From NCBI RefSeq assembly GCF_006345805.1, contig NC_043004.1, positions 64,108,001 through 64,172,000 of the forward strand: a stretch of DNA of 64,000 bases. Direction: 5' to 3'. The stretch is from Octopus sinensis (lineage: Eukaryota). The notes beneath the pieces are model-generated. The model saw nothing but the letters and a program-made list of their open reading frames with translations, searched no databases and was not told the DNA's origin. Shown in pieces: positions 50,901-64,000 of the stretch. Both the position numbers and the translations under genes were made by a program. Every line of letters begins with the position of its first letter. The stretch's first letter is position 1.

Positions 50901-50961
50901 GACCTACAAGGGAGACAAACCAGTTTTCCTTGTCAAGAAGTGAGATAGGGCCAAATCACCC

Positions 50962-50997
<36 letters not shown>

Positions 50998-51048
50998 GAG
51001 AGAGAGAGAGATGCAGATAGATAGATAATGATTGTGTGTCTAATATAC

Positions 51049-51105
<57 letters not shown>

Positions 51106-51892
51106 TTAGCTCAGTATGAGTGGCAAGCTGATGAGGTAGTTAGTATGCAGCCGTTCACCTAACAAGAAATACCAGTCAATTCTCGCTTCCTTTCAGACCA
51201 CATTTTTTAAGAATGAACACATTACATAACGTAATCCGAGATACACTATGACTCGAAGAAAAAAGAAGAATTATTGCAAACGGATGGGTCATTGATGAAA
51301 TACGTGTTAGCCTTAACCATAAACCTACAACCGCCAAGGTGCCGCGCAGTGGTACTGAACGCGAAACCACCCGATTAGCAAGCGAGCTTCCTTAAGCACA
51401 CGGTCGTATTTAAATACCGTTTACTATAAGTCGACAGCCTGGAAACTGGGAATCACTGAGAAAGAAATCAGAGTGCTTAAGTAACATCATATGGATGGAA
51501 TTCGTGTTTGCTCTCAGTGATAATTATAGAGAATGTATGTTAGCTGAAGAACGCCAGAAAGATAAGGAAGTACGTTTGGGGCAGGGGCGATAGGGTGGGT
51601 ATGTTTTCTTGTAGGAGTTAGGGTTTTTCTTTGATTTTTTTTTTGCCGGTTTTTTGGTTTTTGTTTCCATTTCTGTTTTATTTTGTTTTTACGTTGATTT
51701 TGTTTCGTTTTGTTTCTTTTTGTTTGTTTGTTTGTTTTTTCCTGAGTGGGGTTTGCTTACCATCACCACAATTTAATGAGTCAAAGAGTTCTGAATATAA
51801 AGTACACTCTCATTAAAGATGTAGGTATGTGTATGTGTGCGTTCGTGTAGAAGTACGTTTGTGTTATATAAACACACACACACACACACAAC

Positions 51893-51960
<68 letters not shown>

Positions 51961-51961
51961 T

Positions 51962-52060
51962 TATCTAACAGATACCACCACGGTGGAAATAGCAGCCAAA
52001 ACTTGGCACTATAAGTCAAGTTTTGGCTGCTATTTCCAGCATGGTGGTATCTCTTAGATA
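51962..52060. repeat. Short palindrome (~44-bp arms)
   Basis: tggaaatagcagccaaaacttg / caagttttggctgctatttcca is perfect, with imperfect outer arms. Confidence 0.85.
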
Positions 52061-52168
52061 CCCTAAATTATAATTTTAATAATAATTATTACCTTTCAAG
52101 GTTTTTATTCTCACGCTGGCCACTTGATAAGATCGATATTTAAATTAACGATCTTATCCTTATTTTAA

Positions 52169-52220
<52 letters not shown>

Positions 52221-52262
52221 TATATATATAATGTATGTATGTATGTATGTATATGTATATGT

Positions 52263-52297
<35 letters not shown>

Positions 52298-52797
52298 ATC
52301 CCGAGTTGACTCGCAGGGGAATTGATAGAAAATGAGTAGGGAGCACGGGGTGAGAGAATAAAAAAAGAAAAACAAACTTACAACCTTCTACGCCAATAAA
52401 TTACTATTGTTCTTGGAAGTTGTTTTTTTATACCTTCTACGAACTGATTGAAGATTACTAGCTTCCTACACTTAGATCCTTGGAACTTATACTTATGTAC
52501 AAATGAGATATATATATAACATTTCTTCGTTTTTTCCCCATCCTTGTTTTCGTATGCATTCGCTGCTTTCTTCCAAGGAATCTAATGCTCTTAGCTTAGT
52601 TTTTCCTTGGGGCTGACCAGATTGGAGCAATCTCATGTATAACCAGCCGAAATTACAAGGATAATCTGGAACGACTGGGGATAGAAAACTCCAAATGACC
52701 CGTCCTTGTTTTCCTTGTATCGTTTGTCTGGATGTTTTGTTGTCCCTTTTTTGTATCACCTAGCTGTCCGGATGTTTTGCATTCTTGTCCCATTTTT

Positions 52798-52871
<74 letters not shown>

Positions 52872-53248
52872 GAGTGTGTGGACAAACGAAAGAAAAAGGC
52901 ACTCAACACTTTAGTAGATTAAATTTGATAATCTAAGCCTGAAAGAGACGAGTTTCTGTTGGAGGCCCGAGAGACTTTAGGCATCATGGAGCCGAATCAA
53001 ACAACTTTGAATAATGTGTGTATGTGTTATAAAGCAGTGGGGCTGAATAGATGTCGGCCCCAGGTGTCTCTTGGTTGAACAAGCTAATGACTCAAACCAT
53101 TCCTTGTCGTGGCCAATCCATCGGTTTACGAATATAAGCACCGATTCCGAAGACAAGAGCGAGCGCTACAATAAGTGTGTGAATCTGAGAAGGGAATATG
53201 TTCAATAAATTTTATTGAAAATTTTGTATATATATATATATATATATA

Positions 53249-53462
53249 TAAGGGGGTGCTTAAAAAGCTCCTGGCTTTAGGGATATCGCAAAAGAGCTGG
53301 CTGGAAGCCCAGCCTACCAAGTTCTTTCACAGGGCTTATGAAAACTGAAGGACCGCTACAGTTAGGGTGTGAATCTGAGAGGGGAATATGTTGGATAAAA
53401 TCCTAATTAAACTGATCCTCCTGTATTCTCTTTTACCCAAAGCCAGGAACTTTTTATTTACC
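53249..53462. mobile_element. Tc1/mariner-type MITE
   Basis: agggggtgcttaaaagctcctggcttt / aaagccaggaacttttt inverted ends. Confidence 0.55.
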
Positions 53463-53768
53463 ATTATCCAATCTCCTGCTTCTTTGTTTAAGGGTAACGA
53501 TGGCGTCATTTGAGGCAGATTTAGCTCCTACTTCAGATGGCCCCTTTTATATTTCTCCTTTTGGTGATAGAAACGAATGAAAAGCTTTCAATGTAGTTAA
53601 TATCTGGTGCTAATGGAAGAAGTTAACCTTGTTGAATTGCTCTTGGCCTGGATGACAACCTTAACTGCTTCATACTTAACATTCGAGATAACGTCTTGGA
53701 ACGAACAAACACTAAATTTCGACACCATAGATAATGGCTTTCCTCTCGTGCTCTTGCACTCCCTATCA

Positions 53769-53799
<31 letters not shown>

Positions 53800-53844
53800 C
53801 TCTCTCTCTCTCGTCTCTCTCTCTCTCTCTCTCCTCTCTCTCTC

Positions 53845-53907
<63 letters not shown>

Positions 53908-54062
53908 TTCTCTGCGCACGTGCACACACACGCGCATACATTTGTGGTGTGTATCTATTTTATATCTTTTGGCGTATTCTTATCCATTGTGTATCTATAC
54001 ATATATGTATGTGTGTATGTATGTATGTATATATGCACGTGTATATGTATATATATATATAT

Positions 54063-54103
<41 letters not shown>

Positions 54104-54181
54104 TATACATATATATGTACGAATGTATGTATGTATATATACGGAAGGCACGTACACCACCTGTCTTCGTCTTTTATTTTT

Positions 54182-54255
<74 letters not shown>

Positions 54256-54575
54256 ATACACACAATCGGTGAAAATAACACAGAAGAAAAAAATTATAAC
54301 GATGTATGTGTGTGGGAGGGGGGGACATGATGCAGCGGACAAGAGCGATATGGTGAAATTGAGGATTTGCATATAACGGTGCTTTATAATTTATTGTTTA
54401 ACCCTGGGTTGGCCCTGAGTGGGCGGACCTTTGACCAATGACACTCCAACTGTCAAAAGATCATTTGTTTATTTATTTTGTTTACTCATAAAAATTTAGA
54501 AACACCGAGCGAAGGTGAAATAATTATTTCTCAACTTTTCAACCCAAAGTAGACAAAGCAATAAATAAGAGCTTG

Positions 54576-54624
<49 letters not shown>

Positions 54625-54631
<7 letters not shown>

Positions 54632-54845
54632 CTTTTACTTGCGTCAGTTATTCAACTGCGACCATGCTGGGGCACCGCCTTGAAGGATTTTAGTCGAATT
54701 AATGAACCGAGCCCAGTACTTGTTTTATTGGTCGCAGTACTTAATTTATTGGTCCATTTTTGCAGAACCGCTAAGTTACGGGGAAGTAAACACACCAACA
54801 CCGGTTGTCAAGCAGTGGTGGGAGCCAAAAACAGACACAAAGACA
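54625..54845 (-). mobile_element. SINE family A, 3' part
   Basis: cgaccatgctggggcaccgcc..ccgctaagttacgggga..ggttgtcaagc. Confidence 0.75.
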
Positions 54846-54848
54846 CGC

Positions 54849-54881
<33 letters not shown>

Positions 54882-55140
54882 TGTATGTATGTATGTATGT
54901 ATGTATGTATGTATGTATGTATGTATGTACACACACACATATATATATATGTATTTAAAATTTATAGAAAAACAAAACACGAAGACAGGTGTATTAACAA
55001 CAAACAGGTGTATTAGTTTGACGCTCAGGAAGATGAAAAAGTCTTTTACGTTTCGAGCCTACGCTCTTCAACAGGAAGGAATTTCAGCGGTCCAGCATAC
55101 ACACACACACACCACACACACACACATATATATATATATT

Positions 55141-56032
55141 ATATATATAATATATAAAATATAGATGGTGTAAGTAATGTGTGTCTGTCTGTCCGTCTGT
55201 CTGTGTGTTTCCCTAAAACTTGAGAACTACGCAACCAATTTCATTCAAATTTTACACATGCCTTACTTAGGGTCCAGTGAGTGTCATCGGCAAAAAATCT
55301 TAACTTTTTACCAAGGGCGAGCCCACAGCAATATCATATCTTCTCCACTACGATTCCCTAAAACTTGAGAACTACACAACCACTTTCATTCAAATTTTAC
55401 ACATGCTTTACTTAGGGTTCATGTAGTTTCATGGGCAAAAAAATGTTCAACTTCTTGCCTAGAGCGAGCCCATAGCAATATCATATCTTCTCCACTATTT
55501 CATTATTACGTGTTAAAAGTGAAACAAAAATATTTCACTATTTTATGTCAGATACTTTCACTTTAACAATAAAAATAATAATAACAATTGAATTATATGT
55601 AGTAAGTAATAATTAAAATCAAACTAAAGTATAATATCATCGTAACATAACAAAAGTAAAAATAGCAATTGGTATAAAATTGCATCAATGATTTGAACTT
55701 GAATAAGTGGTTTCACATGAATGGGAATTAAATTAAAAATAAAATTAGCGTGCAGAAATGGAATAGTCCAGATGGATAAAAAAAAATGAAATTAAAGAAA
55801 AGACTATCGTCTATAAAGTATACAATGTAGAGAAAAAAGAAGAGCTAACAATTCCAATCTGTTATATATTTTGAGTATTGTTATCACTAGCGATATCAAG
55901 ATATAACTTTGTATTTTGCATTTTATGTGTAGATGTATATATATAGATGTCCATGTAATATGTACACATATAAATACACATATATACATGCACTAGCACT
56001 ATGACCGGCAACGACGGGTAATTTAATGCTAG
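55141..56032 (+). mobile_element. Non-autonomous Helitron (DINE-1-like)
   Basis: gtctgtctgtccgtctg microsatellite plus gagaactacgcaaccaatttcattcaaatttt core (duplicated, ~145 bp). 3' end ccggcaacgacgg..CTAG|T at 56029-56033. The 5' TC is not resolved. Confidence 0.72.
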
Positions 56033-56077
56033 TATATATATAAAGGAGATACAAACAATGTTAAATCTCTACTGCTG

Positions 56078-56133
<56 letters not shown>

Positions 56134-56135
<2 letters not shown>

Positions 56136-56281
56136 GACGGGCTTCTTTTTGATTTCCGTCTACCAAATCCACTCACAAGGCTTTATAGTCTGCCCGAGGC
56201 TTGCCCAAGATGTCACTCAATGGGATTGAACCCGGAACCATGTGGTTGGAAAGCAAGCTTCTTACCACACAGCCACGCCTG
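56134..56281 (-). mobile_element. SINE family A, 5' part
   Basis: cgacgggcttc..ccaaatccactcacaagg..cttaccacacagccacgcc. Confidence 0.8.
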
Positions 56282-56579
56282 CAGATTTACTATAGAAGCA
56301 TCGTAACCTCTAGTTCTGAGTACGACAGGAAATCAATAGAAATAAACTGTAGAATTAGAGTAATTTCGATACTAACTATAGAGTTAAGGGAGGTTTTAGC
56401 TGTTTCTTCTCGCAGATTCCAGCGGTCGCCGTAGAAGCGGCCTCGTTGTCATATCTCAGTAACATAACCAAAAAACCAGTAATGGCGCCTTGTTTATAAG
56501 TATTTGTTTATTTATTTGCTTATTTATTGCCTTACGATTGGTTTGTTTGTTTGTATGATTTATCATCTTGTCTTGGTAT

Positions 56580-57965
56580 GTTGAAGTTTCATTCACCTCC
56601 CTCCCACTCCACTCACAGTTTCACCGCTGCCTCCACTATCACCGCCGCCGCCGCCGCCGCCATCCCAAGATATGTACATCATCATCATCATCATCATTAT
56701 TTTACATCTACACCGCCACACCCATCATCACAACCATAAATATACAGCCACCATCACCACCACGCATCTACATCATCATAATTATTATCATCATCACCAT
56801 CAACATCATTACCATCATCCTACTACCGCTACCACCCACCACCACTGACGCTGCTGCCGCCATCAGTCATAAATCTGCATACACACACACACACCAAAAC
56901 AATCCCCACCACCGCCATTACAAACATAAATATACAAATGTCGCCACCGCCGCCACCACCACCAGAGTGTAACTACATCATCATCATCACCGTCATCACC
57001 ACCATCACTACAACCACCATCGCCGCCGTCGTCTTAGCCACAAATATGCACGAACTAAACCCACACACACACATGCATACACACAAAACCCTCACACACA
57101 AGCACCACCACCACCACCACCACGACCACCACTACTTTCCATCTATTCCAACACTACCACCATCACAAGCATAGATATACAAATGCCACAACCACCACCA
57201 CCATCACCACTACCACCACCACCACCACACCACCACCACCACCACTACCACCACCACCACCACTACCACCACCACTACTACCACCACCATCACCGACACC
57301 ATCGCCGCTACACAAGTCACTGGTTATTTGATATATATGTTAACGAAACGATAATAGATTCTACGAGCAGCAGAATAGTGAGGGTGGAGGCGGTGGTGGT
57401 GGTGGTGGTGGTGGTGGTGGTGGTGGTGGTGGTGATGGTGGTGATGGTGGTTTCATAGCAATAGTTGAATGGGTTGCCGTGACGGTAGTGATAGTGGTAG
57501 TGGCAGCGGCGGTAAAGGTGAAAATGAGGGTGGGAGGAAGGGCCAATGCTTTGGTTAGCAATAGTGATTGACGTGGGTAGTGGTAGGAGCAAGAGTTTGT
57601 TTATGTGTGTTTGTATGTGTGATTGAGCGCGACTGTATGTACGTGTGTGTGTGTGTTGGCAAATATAGTGAATGGTGATGCTGTTGGTGATCGTGAGAGG
57701 GAGAGAAAAGGAGAAAAGATTGATGCGTTGTTGGGGGGTCAGAGCAGTGCAAGATGGCCGAAAGGAAAGAGTGTCTTGGTGGTGGTGGTGGTGGTGGTGT
57801 GTAAGGGGAGATAAATCACGATAGATTACGCCGTCGTTAGATGACCCGAGATGGTAGCACTGTTAGACGACCGGTGGTGATGGTGGTGATGGTGGTGATG
57901 GTGGTGATGGTGGTGATGGTGGTGATGGTGGTGATGTTGGTGATGGTGGTGATGGTGGTGATGGT
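56580..57965. repeat. Low-complexity (CAC/CAT)n, (GGT)n and (GGTGATGGT)n region
   Basis: Direct reading; produces the poly-His/Pro/Thr ORFs. Confidence 0.9.
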
Positions 57966-58689
57966 GGGGCTTGAGAAGATGGACACAAATTTAAGGACAA
58001 AATAAATCTGAAGGACGTAGCGGAGCGGGCCTTCATACTCCATGTTGGCGTTGTTCTCGTTGTTCTTGCAGTTGTTGTTGATTACGTGCCCCCACCACCG
58101 CCACAATCACCAGGTCAATGTCGATTTAGCAGACTTATATAATCAAATGAGTTCCATCCGTGATCATCCAGTCTTTTACTTATGCGCATGAAACCCAGGG
58201 TTACATTCGATAACGAATGTGTTCTTGGGTATTCTTAGACTGTGACAGGAAGGAAAGAAGGAAGAAAGAGGATTTGAAGGACATTTGGCTAGTATTTCTA
58301 GCGACAAAATAGAGGCTTGGTGGTGTCAGTGGTGGTTATTGTTGGAATTGGTTTGTTTTTGCGGAGGCGGTGGCGACGGCTGTATGAGAGAGGAAGGGTA
58401 CCGTTCAGAAGGGTTATAATGTAGATAAATCATGTGATGGTGGTGGGAGGTGACATGCCGTCTGTCATTCATTAAGACACCAACTCGAAGAATGTCGCCG
58501 TTGGTGAAGATATTTTGTTTGTTGACATTCAGTAGCAGACTGGCTGGCTGGCTGGTCTGGTGGTTGGTTGGGAGGGCGGGTGGGCTGCTGTAACTATTTG
58601 GCCAACCGTAGCCGGCTGGCTGGCAGGCTTATGGGTCGGTATGACTCGAAAAGCTGACTACCACTTTTTTATACCCTTAACGTAGTTCT

Positions 58690-58890
58690 GATGGAGATTC
58701 AGCGTGACTCCGAATGTGACAAAGTTAGCCCCCTGTGAATAACAGGTACAACTCATTTTTTGCTAGCTGAGTGGACTGGAGTAACGTGAAATAAAGTAAC
58801 CTGCTCAAGGACACAACGCTTCGCCAGGAATCGAAATCCCGACCTTATGATCGTGAGCCGAATACCCTAACCACTAAGCCACGCGCCTTC
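58690..58890 (-). mobile_element. SINE family C
   Basis: Reverse complement begins gaaggcgcgtggcttagtggttaggg; core gttgtgtccttgagcagg..ctccagtccactcagc. Confidence 0.8.
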
Positions 58891-58917
58891 ATCGTTTCTT
58901 TCAGACATAAAACATCT

Positions 58918-59135
58918 GGCGGCGAGCTGGCAGAGTGGTTAGCACGCCGGGTGAAATGCTCAGTGGTATTTCGTCTGTTTTTTTCGTTCTGAGTTCAAAT
59001 TACGCCGAAGTCGACTTTGCCTTTCATCCTTTCGATGTCGATAAACTAAGCACCAGTTGCGTACTGGGGTCGATATCATTGACTGGCCCCTCCTCCTGCA
59101 AAATTTCGGGCCTTGTGCTTAGAATTGAAAAGAAT
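58918..59135 (+). mobile_element. SINE family B
   Basis: ggcggcgagctggcagagtggttagcacgccggg..gagttcaaatt..gggccttgtgc. Confidence 0.85.
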
Positions 59136-59731
59136 ATTTAATTATGAAAATATACGATTTTTTTTTTTTTAGCATTGAATGGCTATGAGGGTCCATCCGA
59201 GTAAAATAAGGATCAAAGAGGGGTGGATAGTTTAGCTCCAGTGATATTCAACCGGGGTTCATATGGCCCTTGAAAGTTCATATAAGATTAGGTGGGTATG
59301 CAATAAAATAATAAATTGAGAATCCACAATAGTACTTTAAGAGACTCTGAAAAACTTTTGCTTTAGATGTAGGTATTTGTATGTATTGCAAGAAACAGCT
59401 AGGGTTCTTTCTTTAAATCAGTGATTCCCAACCAGGGTTCATGGTTAAGAAACCCTGGTTTAGCTGGGTGGGTGGTTTTGTAGAATGCATGGTTAGGCCG
59501 GATACGTGTTTGGGTTGTCTGGCGGATGGAAAATGGATGAATGGATGAATGAATGAATGAATGAATGAATGGGTGAATGGGTGAATGGATGGTTAAGTGG
59601 TATGTCGACTAAATTCACATGTTTGCACCTAACCATATACAACCTGTGCACGCTACCATCCGCCATACTTCGATACTTCACCACCAGCACTCTACGTCAC
59701 CTTGCAACTGGTTTCTCTTTAACTCAGCCTA

Positions 59732-59772
<41 letters not shown>

Positions 59773-60177
59773 CTACCGCCACACTTTCCATCACAACCAC
59801 TCAACCACCCCCGCTTTCCTTGCCCCCACTTCCTCTTCTTCCCCCAAACCTCTTCCCAGTTTGGTGCCAAGCTGAAGCAGAAACTTAACATCGTTCTTCA
59901 CATGAACGTGTGAAAGAAGACTTAAGCTGTTCAGTAGCAACAAACGTGTGCGTATGTATCCGTGCATGAGTGTATAGGCGCGCGTATGTGTATGTATGTG
60001 TGTGTGAGGGAAAGAGAAAGATGAATTAAGAAGCCATGCGTCGGTGGGGGGAGTTACAAGTCGGGACTGTGCCGGGTGTTCCGGAAGATGTGAAGTACGA
60101 GCTTTACGAGCTAGCGGGAAGAAGGTGGTACTCTTAGAAGAGTTGGTAGTTGGTAGTAAACGACGGAATGTGTAGAG

Positions 60178-60214
<37 letters not shown>

Positions 60215-60623
60215 CAGCAGCAGTAGGATTATGTTTCTTTTGGGTTGTTTGTCATTCAGTTTATATATTTCCAAATTCCTGAACGGTGCTGCATGTTTCA
60301 AAGTATTAATTTATATGTGTGTGTGTGTGTGTGTGTGTGTTTGAAGGTGTGTATGTTTATTTGTAAAAGCGTTTCCTGTAAACAAAACGTAAACAAGCAT
60401 TCGCCACGGGATTCTTTTCTTGGAGAAAATTTTCTTTATATAGACTTCATGTGTAAAACCACATCAAGCCGGGCGTCAAATGACGTCAACGGACTGTCGG
60501 ACACCGTGTTTCGGCGTCATTTCATATCCTCAGTGACAGATACAGTCACGGTCATTTGGAGTTGCAGTCAAGTGGCGGGAGACAAATACAACCACACACA
60601 CACACATATGCGTATGCACACAC

Positions 60624-60657
<34 letters not shown>

Positions 60658-61585
60658 CAAAGATAAATATGAAATATCAGTAACGCCTAAGTTTATTGTT
60701 AGTTACAATTGTTTCACTGCCACTCCGCTTCGAACCACATTACTCCTAATTTTGTGATAAATTACATAAGATTTGCATAAAATTATGCACAGTTAAAACG
60801 GTGAGAATTAGCCCCTTATCGAACGCCTACCAACTCAGCTATCATACATGATATCATGTGTTTGTATATTATTTTAGACCGGATATGCACTGCATAACAT
60901 TCCCGCTATACCTATCGACTACAATCACTGCGATTTCGGCAACTTCCAGCGGTATAACTTTCTCTTTGCCGAGCACCATTGATGATCCTGGTTATCTATG
61001 CTGCTGCAACAACCAGTTAGATACGGCTGTAATCACTTAGCCATGTAGTATTTATCTTGTTTTACTACTCGCTCACAATTTTTCCTTCCATCACAACTTT
61101 AGTCTTTCTCTCACATCCTTCATGATGTATCTGTTCCCGCTTCTTCAATTTTCGTATTACTGCCTACCTAAGTCCAAAAACTTTTATCAATATACAAACC
61201 TATGACATCTCACCTTTACCAGAAACACTGTATATTGTTACACTGATAACCTTATGCTTTGCACACCTCCTTAATTCCATCGTATCTGAGACCCTTCTTT
61301 TCATCAACCTATTCCACATTGCCCCTTCTAAGGCATCATCAACTCAAAAGCACAGCTTCCTTATTACAATATTCTGGGGAAAAACCAAGTCATTTCTTTA
61401 AATTTATTTCCACCTTTCAGGCGTTCAGAAGACTGGCTCTCTTCTTTCCTTTGTTTACGCTCCTACGCTGTCCCTTTTTGCCCTCCTTATAGGCAATAAA
61501 AGGGTCTACTTTTTATGTCGAGTCTCATTGCATTGCTGTTTCATCGCATTACCAGGTAACCTGAAGAACTGGTTTTATATCTTCA

Positions 61586-61915
61586 GCAGTGGTTCACAAA
61601 CAAGGTCCATATGACCCTTGGGAGTCTACATAAGATTTTGAGGGGTCCATACAAGTAGAAAATAAGGGATCCACAGTTACATTTAAATGGTGCATGGAAA
61701 TTTTTTCGTTTAGATATATTTATTGCAAGTAACAGCTAGGTCTCTATCTTTAATGTTTTACATAGTTTAACATGTTTCCAGCCACTGTAACATGTTCTCA
61801 AAGACAATGAAACACAAAATGGGAATTTTGAAAAAAAGTATCTATAAAATTAGTTTTTAAACACCGAATAGCAATGGGAGTCCACCAGTAATCAATAGGG
61901 TCCATAGATAAAATG
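61586..61915 (+). mobile_element. hAT-like MITE remnant (related copy at ~59240-59460)
   Basis: Starts cagtggttcacaaac; shares gcaag..aacagctagg and gggtccat segments with the 59 kb copy. Right TIR is poor. Confidence 0.4.
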
Positions 61916-62837
61916 ATCTACAGGTATACTGTGTAACGACTGATCTGCAACATGCAAGAATATACTCCAACGAAGAACAGCTTCCAAACCGATGGCAATG
62001 AGAAATCTCTCCAGCCCCAGAGGAGAAAATTCATAAACTAACTGGTTCCTCAGGAATAATCACAAACTAGCTGGTTCCATTTTCAACAACATACTCTACA
62101 TCAGCTTCTTTTATTCGGCTTTCTCCTTCGCACTCATGCACTTCGGTCTCCTAAACCAACTGCTTTACTCGCACCATTCCCTTTTTCACTCTAGCAAAAT
62201 TCTTCGATCAAACTATCTTGGTTGCCTTCGTTAACCTTGCAGAATCTTCATTTCTTTCGTATTCGACCCAGCCCAGTCCACGTGTTCTGTACTGCACTTA
62301 TCATCTCCTCCATTTCTAAATATGTTTGCACCACTGAATCTTTTCCCACGCTCCATTTACCTCCTACTAGCATTTTAGGTTGGGTTACGCGAACAATGAG
62401 ATCCATAGAACCTTGTTAAAGGCACATGCGGCAGCGGGATCTTTTTCTATTTAAAACTCCTCCGCCAACGGGCGACAGCTGGAGTCTGGCAGCAACGCTA
62501 TACAGCTTGATTGAAGCATAGCGGGACACAAAGACACTCGGTGGTACTTGCTGCATATGTATATGTGCTTGCGTGCGTGTGTGTGTGTGGCAGTTAATCT
62601 TCGGATCGTACCATGGAAACTGTGCTCCCATTGGTTTTCAGATTGCTGATACTATCTTCTGTTGCAACAACGAGATTCCAGGTCCCATCCTATAGCACCA
62701 CATCATGGGCAAGTGTAGACTACTTTTGCTTTGGGTCGACTGAAACTCTTTGAGCGAAGTTGCCAGACGGAAACTGTGTTGAAGGCCGAGTGATGGATGG
62801 ATGGATGGATGAAGCGTTTGTATGAGAGATGTTAGAT

Positions 62838-62876
<39 letters not shown>

Positions 62877-62877
62877 C

Positions 62878-63007
62878 CTAGTACTTATTCTATCGGTCTT
62901 TGCTGAACCATTAACTTTCGGGGACGTGAAGACATCAAGATCAGTTGTCAGGCAATGGTGTGTGTCTGTAGGGGGACAAACACAGACACGAAGGCACACA
63001 CTCATAA

Positions 63008-63075
<68 letters not shown>

Positions 63076-63240
63076 CAGGACAGGCTTGTCTTAGTTTCCG
63101 CCTACCAAATCCACTCACAAGGCTTTGGTCGGCCTGAGACTATAGTAGAAGACACTTGCCCAAGGTACCACACAGTGGGACTGAACCTCGAACCATGTGG
63201 CTGGGAATAAAGCTTCTAACCATACACCCACACCTGCACC
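62878..63240 (-). mobile_element. SINE family A
   Basis: Head, core and part of the 3' region. Confidence 0.85.
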
Positions 63241-63254
63241 TATATGTACATATG

Positions 63255-63493
63255 CAGTAATCCCTCGACTATCGCGGGCGTTACATTCCAAAACCCCCCG
63301 CGATAGGTGAAAATCCGCGAAGTAGAAGCAGCACTGTACTGTGTGGTTTTTTTTTTATTATTTTTATAATTTATATATACTTATTGCATTATAAATGCAA
63401 AAGAACACCACGGAAGAATCGACGTTAGCTTAAATAATAAACCGTGATAGGTGAACCGCGATAGGTGAACCCCGATATGGTGAGGGATTACTG
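63255..63493. mobile_element. Tigger/pogo-like MITE
   Basis: TIRs cagtaatccctc / gagggattactg; TA on the right, TG on the left. Confidence 0.8.
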
Positions 63494-63549
63494 TACATTT
63501 ATTATTTTCCTTGGTGTTGCTTTGTTATATATATTCATGTATATTATGT

Positions 63550-63810
63550 GAAGGTACGTGGCCATGCTAGGTCATCATGGGTTCGATTCCCGGACTGAGT
63601 GTGGCGCGTTGTGTTCTTGAGCAAGACTCTTCATTTTCATGTTGCTCCAGTCCACTCGGCCGCAGATGGGTAACCCTGTGAGAGAGGAACTTTCCGATAA
63701 GGGGGAATATCGGCCTGCTCACCCCGCGTGCGTGGGGTGGGGTGACGTCGTACGATAGCCCCAAAAATAAGGCGAAGCACATTGTGACCAGCGATGCATG
63801 ACAACGTCCG
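63550..63810 (+). mobile_element. SINE family C
   Basis: gggttcgattccc B box; gttgtgttcttgagcaagac..gttgctccagtccactc core; cattgtgaccagcgatg tail. Confidence 0.78.
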
Positions 63811-64000
63811 ATATCGCGATATACGTACATATAAGAACATGCACGTGTAAGCGCTTTGATAACTTAAGTCTGATCCAAAGATAAGACGTTCTGTGAACTC
63901 TCTAAATCCTGCGATGTTCAAATAACGAATACAAACAACACTACTTTCTCTTCAGAAAAATAATAAAAAAAGTTGAATGAGAGGGACAGAGAGAGGGGGG

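Noticed and set aside
57837-58106. GC-richer ORF NNNCKNNENNANMEYEGPLRYVLQIYF...
   Set aside because: No recognisable domain, runs into a 9-mer repeat, and no convincing splice context. A BLASTX or RNA-seq hit would revive it.

Overview
AT-rich eukaryotic DNA, very dense in microsatellites, with one 100-N gap (43485-43584). The SINE families and repeat landscape suggest an octopod cephalopod (inference). I recognise no host protein-coding gene; most long ORFs in the track are microsatellite artefacts. The window is a patchwork of mobile elements: Tc1 and mariner pseudo-transposases, a hAT/Charlie remnant, Helitron remnants and non-autonomous Helitrons, MITEs, three tRNA-derived SINE families, a Tx1/L1 3' fragment flanked by (GATA)n, and Penelope-like elements (PLEs). 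The main result is a hammerhead-ribozyme (HHR) system. (i) A ~399-bp tandem array at 11432-13237 carries, on the minus strand of each unit, a type I HHR with a palindromic stem III and a potential stem I/stem II pseudoknot, which is the architecture of a non-LTR retrozyme (self-cleaving, potentially circular RNA). (ii) A second, ~503-nt terminally redundant HHR element is present twice (22.8 kb and 40.9 kb). (iii) A PLE RT + GIY-YIG ORF (37888-40007) is broken only by single-base deletions in base runs and may be intact. (iv) About ten further intact, variant or decayed HHR motifs lie in PLE-type tails and palindromes. All RNA folds were paired by eye, and no activity has been shown.
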